This document shows positions 55,622 to 56,836 of a DNA stretch of 56,836 bases, piece after piece. Where the stretch lies: assembly GCA_964229335.1 (NCBI GenBank), contig CAXRCZ010000013.1, positions 1 to 56,836 of the forward strand, given 5' to 3'. The stretch comes from Minisyncoccia bacterium. GTDB lineage: Bacteria; Patescibacteriota; Minisyncoccia; Phycocordibacterales; UBA918. Every line of letters starts with the position of its first letter. Positions within the stretch are counted from its first letter, which is position 1. A program made the translations under genes and the position numbers. The notes under the pieces were generated by a model. It was not told the origin of the DNA and searched no databases. It saw only the letters and a program-made list of their open reading frames with translations.

Positions 55622-55769
55622 CCGAGCGCGCGGATCGACAACTTCGTACAAGGGGTGGATTCCCTTACAAAAAGACATCCAACCGTGGCCGGGGAGCAAA
55701 TCTCCTCGGCCATTTCTTTTTTAGAAACGTGCCGCCAATTGGCGGTTTTTTTATTGCTATACTACTGCC

Positions 55770-56834
55770 ATGAAGGTATTGATAGTTGGCGCTGGACCCA
55801 CTGGACTAATGGCCGCACTTGAGTGTGTGCGTTTGGGAATCACTCCTGAAATAGTTGATGCTAAGCCAGAACCCTCAAAGTTATCTCGCGCTGTTGGAAT
55901 CTTGCCTCGCAGCATTGAACTACTAACTTGGTCTGGAGTAGGAGAACAACTGAAGGAACAGGGGGTGAAAGCCGGTTCAGTACACATACAAAAAAACAAT
56001 AAGACATTATTTAAAGCCACGTTCGAAAAAGAGGAGAGGGGAATCATCGGCTTGCCACAAGATCAGACCGAACTATTAATGAGCAAGGCGCTCACGAAAC
56101 ACGGGGTAACGGTGCAGTACGATACTGCAGTTGAGTTTGTAAAAAATAGTGATGATAATGTAGTAGTTGATTTTAAAACTGGTGAGCAAAAAGCCTACGA
56201 CTGGGTCATCGGCGCTGACGGCATTCGCTCAACTGTACGACAATCACTCAACATTGATTTCTCTGGCTACGATTTGCCGGAAGAGTGGTCAATAGCTGAT
56301 ATCGAAATACTGAGTGAGTATGATCAATACGAATTCAAAGCCTGGCTATTGGATAACAAAGAAATGACCAAAGATGTATTGGTAATGGTGCCGATTGCTC
56401 CTAAGCGGGTGCGTCTTGTTTCTTCTACACCTGATAGCTTGGCGGCTCTACCGCTACAACTTAAAGTGAAAGAAATCCGACGCTCAGGCACCTTTACAAT
56501 TTCGGTACGACAAGCAGCTCAATATGTAAGGGGGCGAGTATTGCTCGCCGGTGACGCTGCTCATGTGCATTCACCAGTCGGCGGTCGAGGTATGAACTTG
56601 GGAATAGAAGATGGCGCTATGGCAGCCCGAGCGATTGTCGAAAACAAAGTGATTGAATACAACCAAGAACGCCGAGCTCGCGCCAACAAAATCATCAAAG
56701 ATACCGAAGCTATCAGGAAAGCATTGGTCTCGAATAATTTTTTGACCAGTCTTCTTATCGCTGTGCTAGCGACACTAATAAATACTATTCCAGCGGCAAA
56801 GAATATTTTTGTAAAACGAGTGACCAGTCTTTAA
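55770..56834 (+). CDS. FAD-dependent monooxygenase (PheA/TfdB-like)
   Basis: GAGPTG, GADG, LAGDAAH, PVGGRGMNLGIED. Confidence 0.93.
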   Translation: MKVLIVGAGPTGLMAALECVRLGITPEIVDAKPEPSKLSRAVGILPRSIELLTWSGVGEQLKEQGVKAGSVHIQKNNKTLFKATFEKEERGIIGLPQDQTELLMSKALTKHGVTVQYDTAVEFVKNSDDNVVVDFKTGEQKAYDWVIGADGIRSTVRQSLNIDFSGYDLPEEWSIADIEILSEYDQYEFKAWLLDNKEMTKDVLVMVPIAPKRVRLVSSTPDSLAALPLQLKVKEIRRSGTFTISVRQAAQYVRGRVLLAGDAAHVHSPVGGRGMNLGIEDGAMAARAIVENKVIEYNQERRARANKIIKDTEAIRKALVSNNFLTSLLIAVLATLINTIPAAKNIFVKRVTSL

Positions 56835-56836
56835 TC

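Noticed and set aside
55490-55700. tmRNA, suggested by a peptide ending in ALA
   Set aside because: No tRNA-like domain (no T-arm or acceptor end), and the ORF has its own SD and ATG.
1-56836. CRISPR or TIGR array, transposase, integrase, reverse transcriptase, prophage, rRNA, RNase P RNA
   Set aside because: No regularly spaced repeat array and no diagnostic motifs were seen by eye.
1-56836. Stop-codon reassignment (code 25)
   Set aside because: Core genes translate full length in code 11, and TGA ends plausible ORFs (e.g. comEC and two pilins).

Overview
A 56.8 kb chromosomal segment. Its gene content, N-terminally extended r-proteins, split comEC, type IV pilus cluster, CCA-less tRNAs and SD-poor core genes suggest a Patescibacteria (Parcubacteria-like CPR) bacterium using code 11; the taxonomy is inferred. 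It carries a fragmented str/S10 cluster (rpsL-rpsG | fusA | tuf-rpsJ | rplC-rplD-rplW-rplB), rpmB, split comEC, sod, rnhA, recJ, pgk, tpiA, pilB/pilC and minor pilins, nusA, ppa, tig, clpP, rny, HU, two mscS, an ECF sigma/anti-sigma pair, corA, yraN, cca, xth, four tRNAs and a dense parS-like cluster. No transposase, integrase or CRISPR array was seen. The most interesting signals are non-coding. (1) Related structured elements lie behind three tRNAs, and two carry copies of their own tRNA 3' end; a degenerate HTH-LAGLIDADG-like gene sits between two of these tRNAs. (2) Five related 95-125 nt hairpins sit just after translation genes, always in the same relative orientation, and three fold better on the antisense strand. 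(3) A 6S-sized rod-shaped RNA is followed by a 17-aa Lys-rich micro-ORF. (4) About 15 orphan genes have strong SD motifs, most with their own promoter and terminator, among largely leaderless core genes. All structures and alignments were read by eye; nothing was computed or searched.
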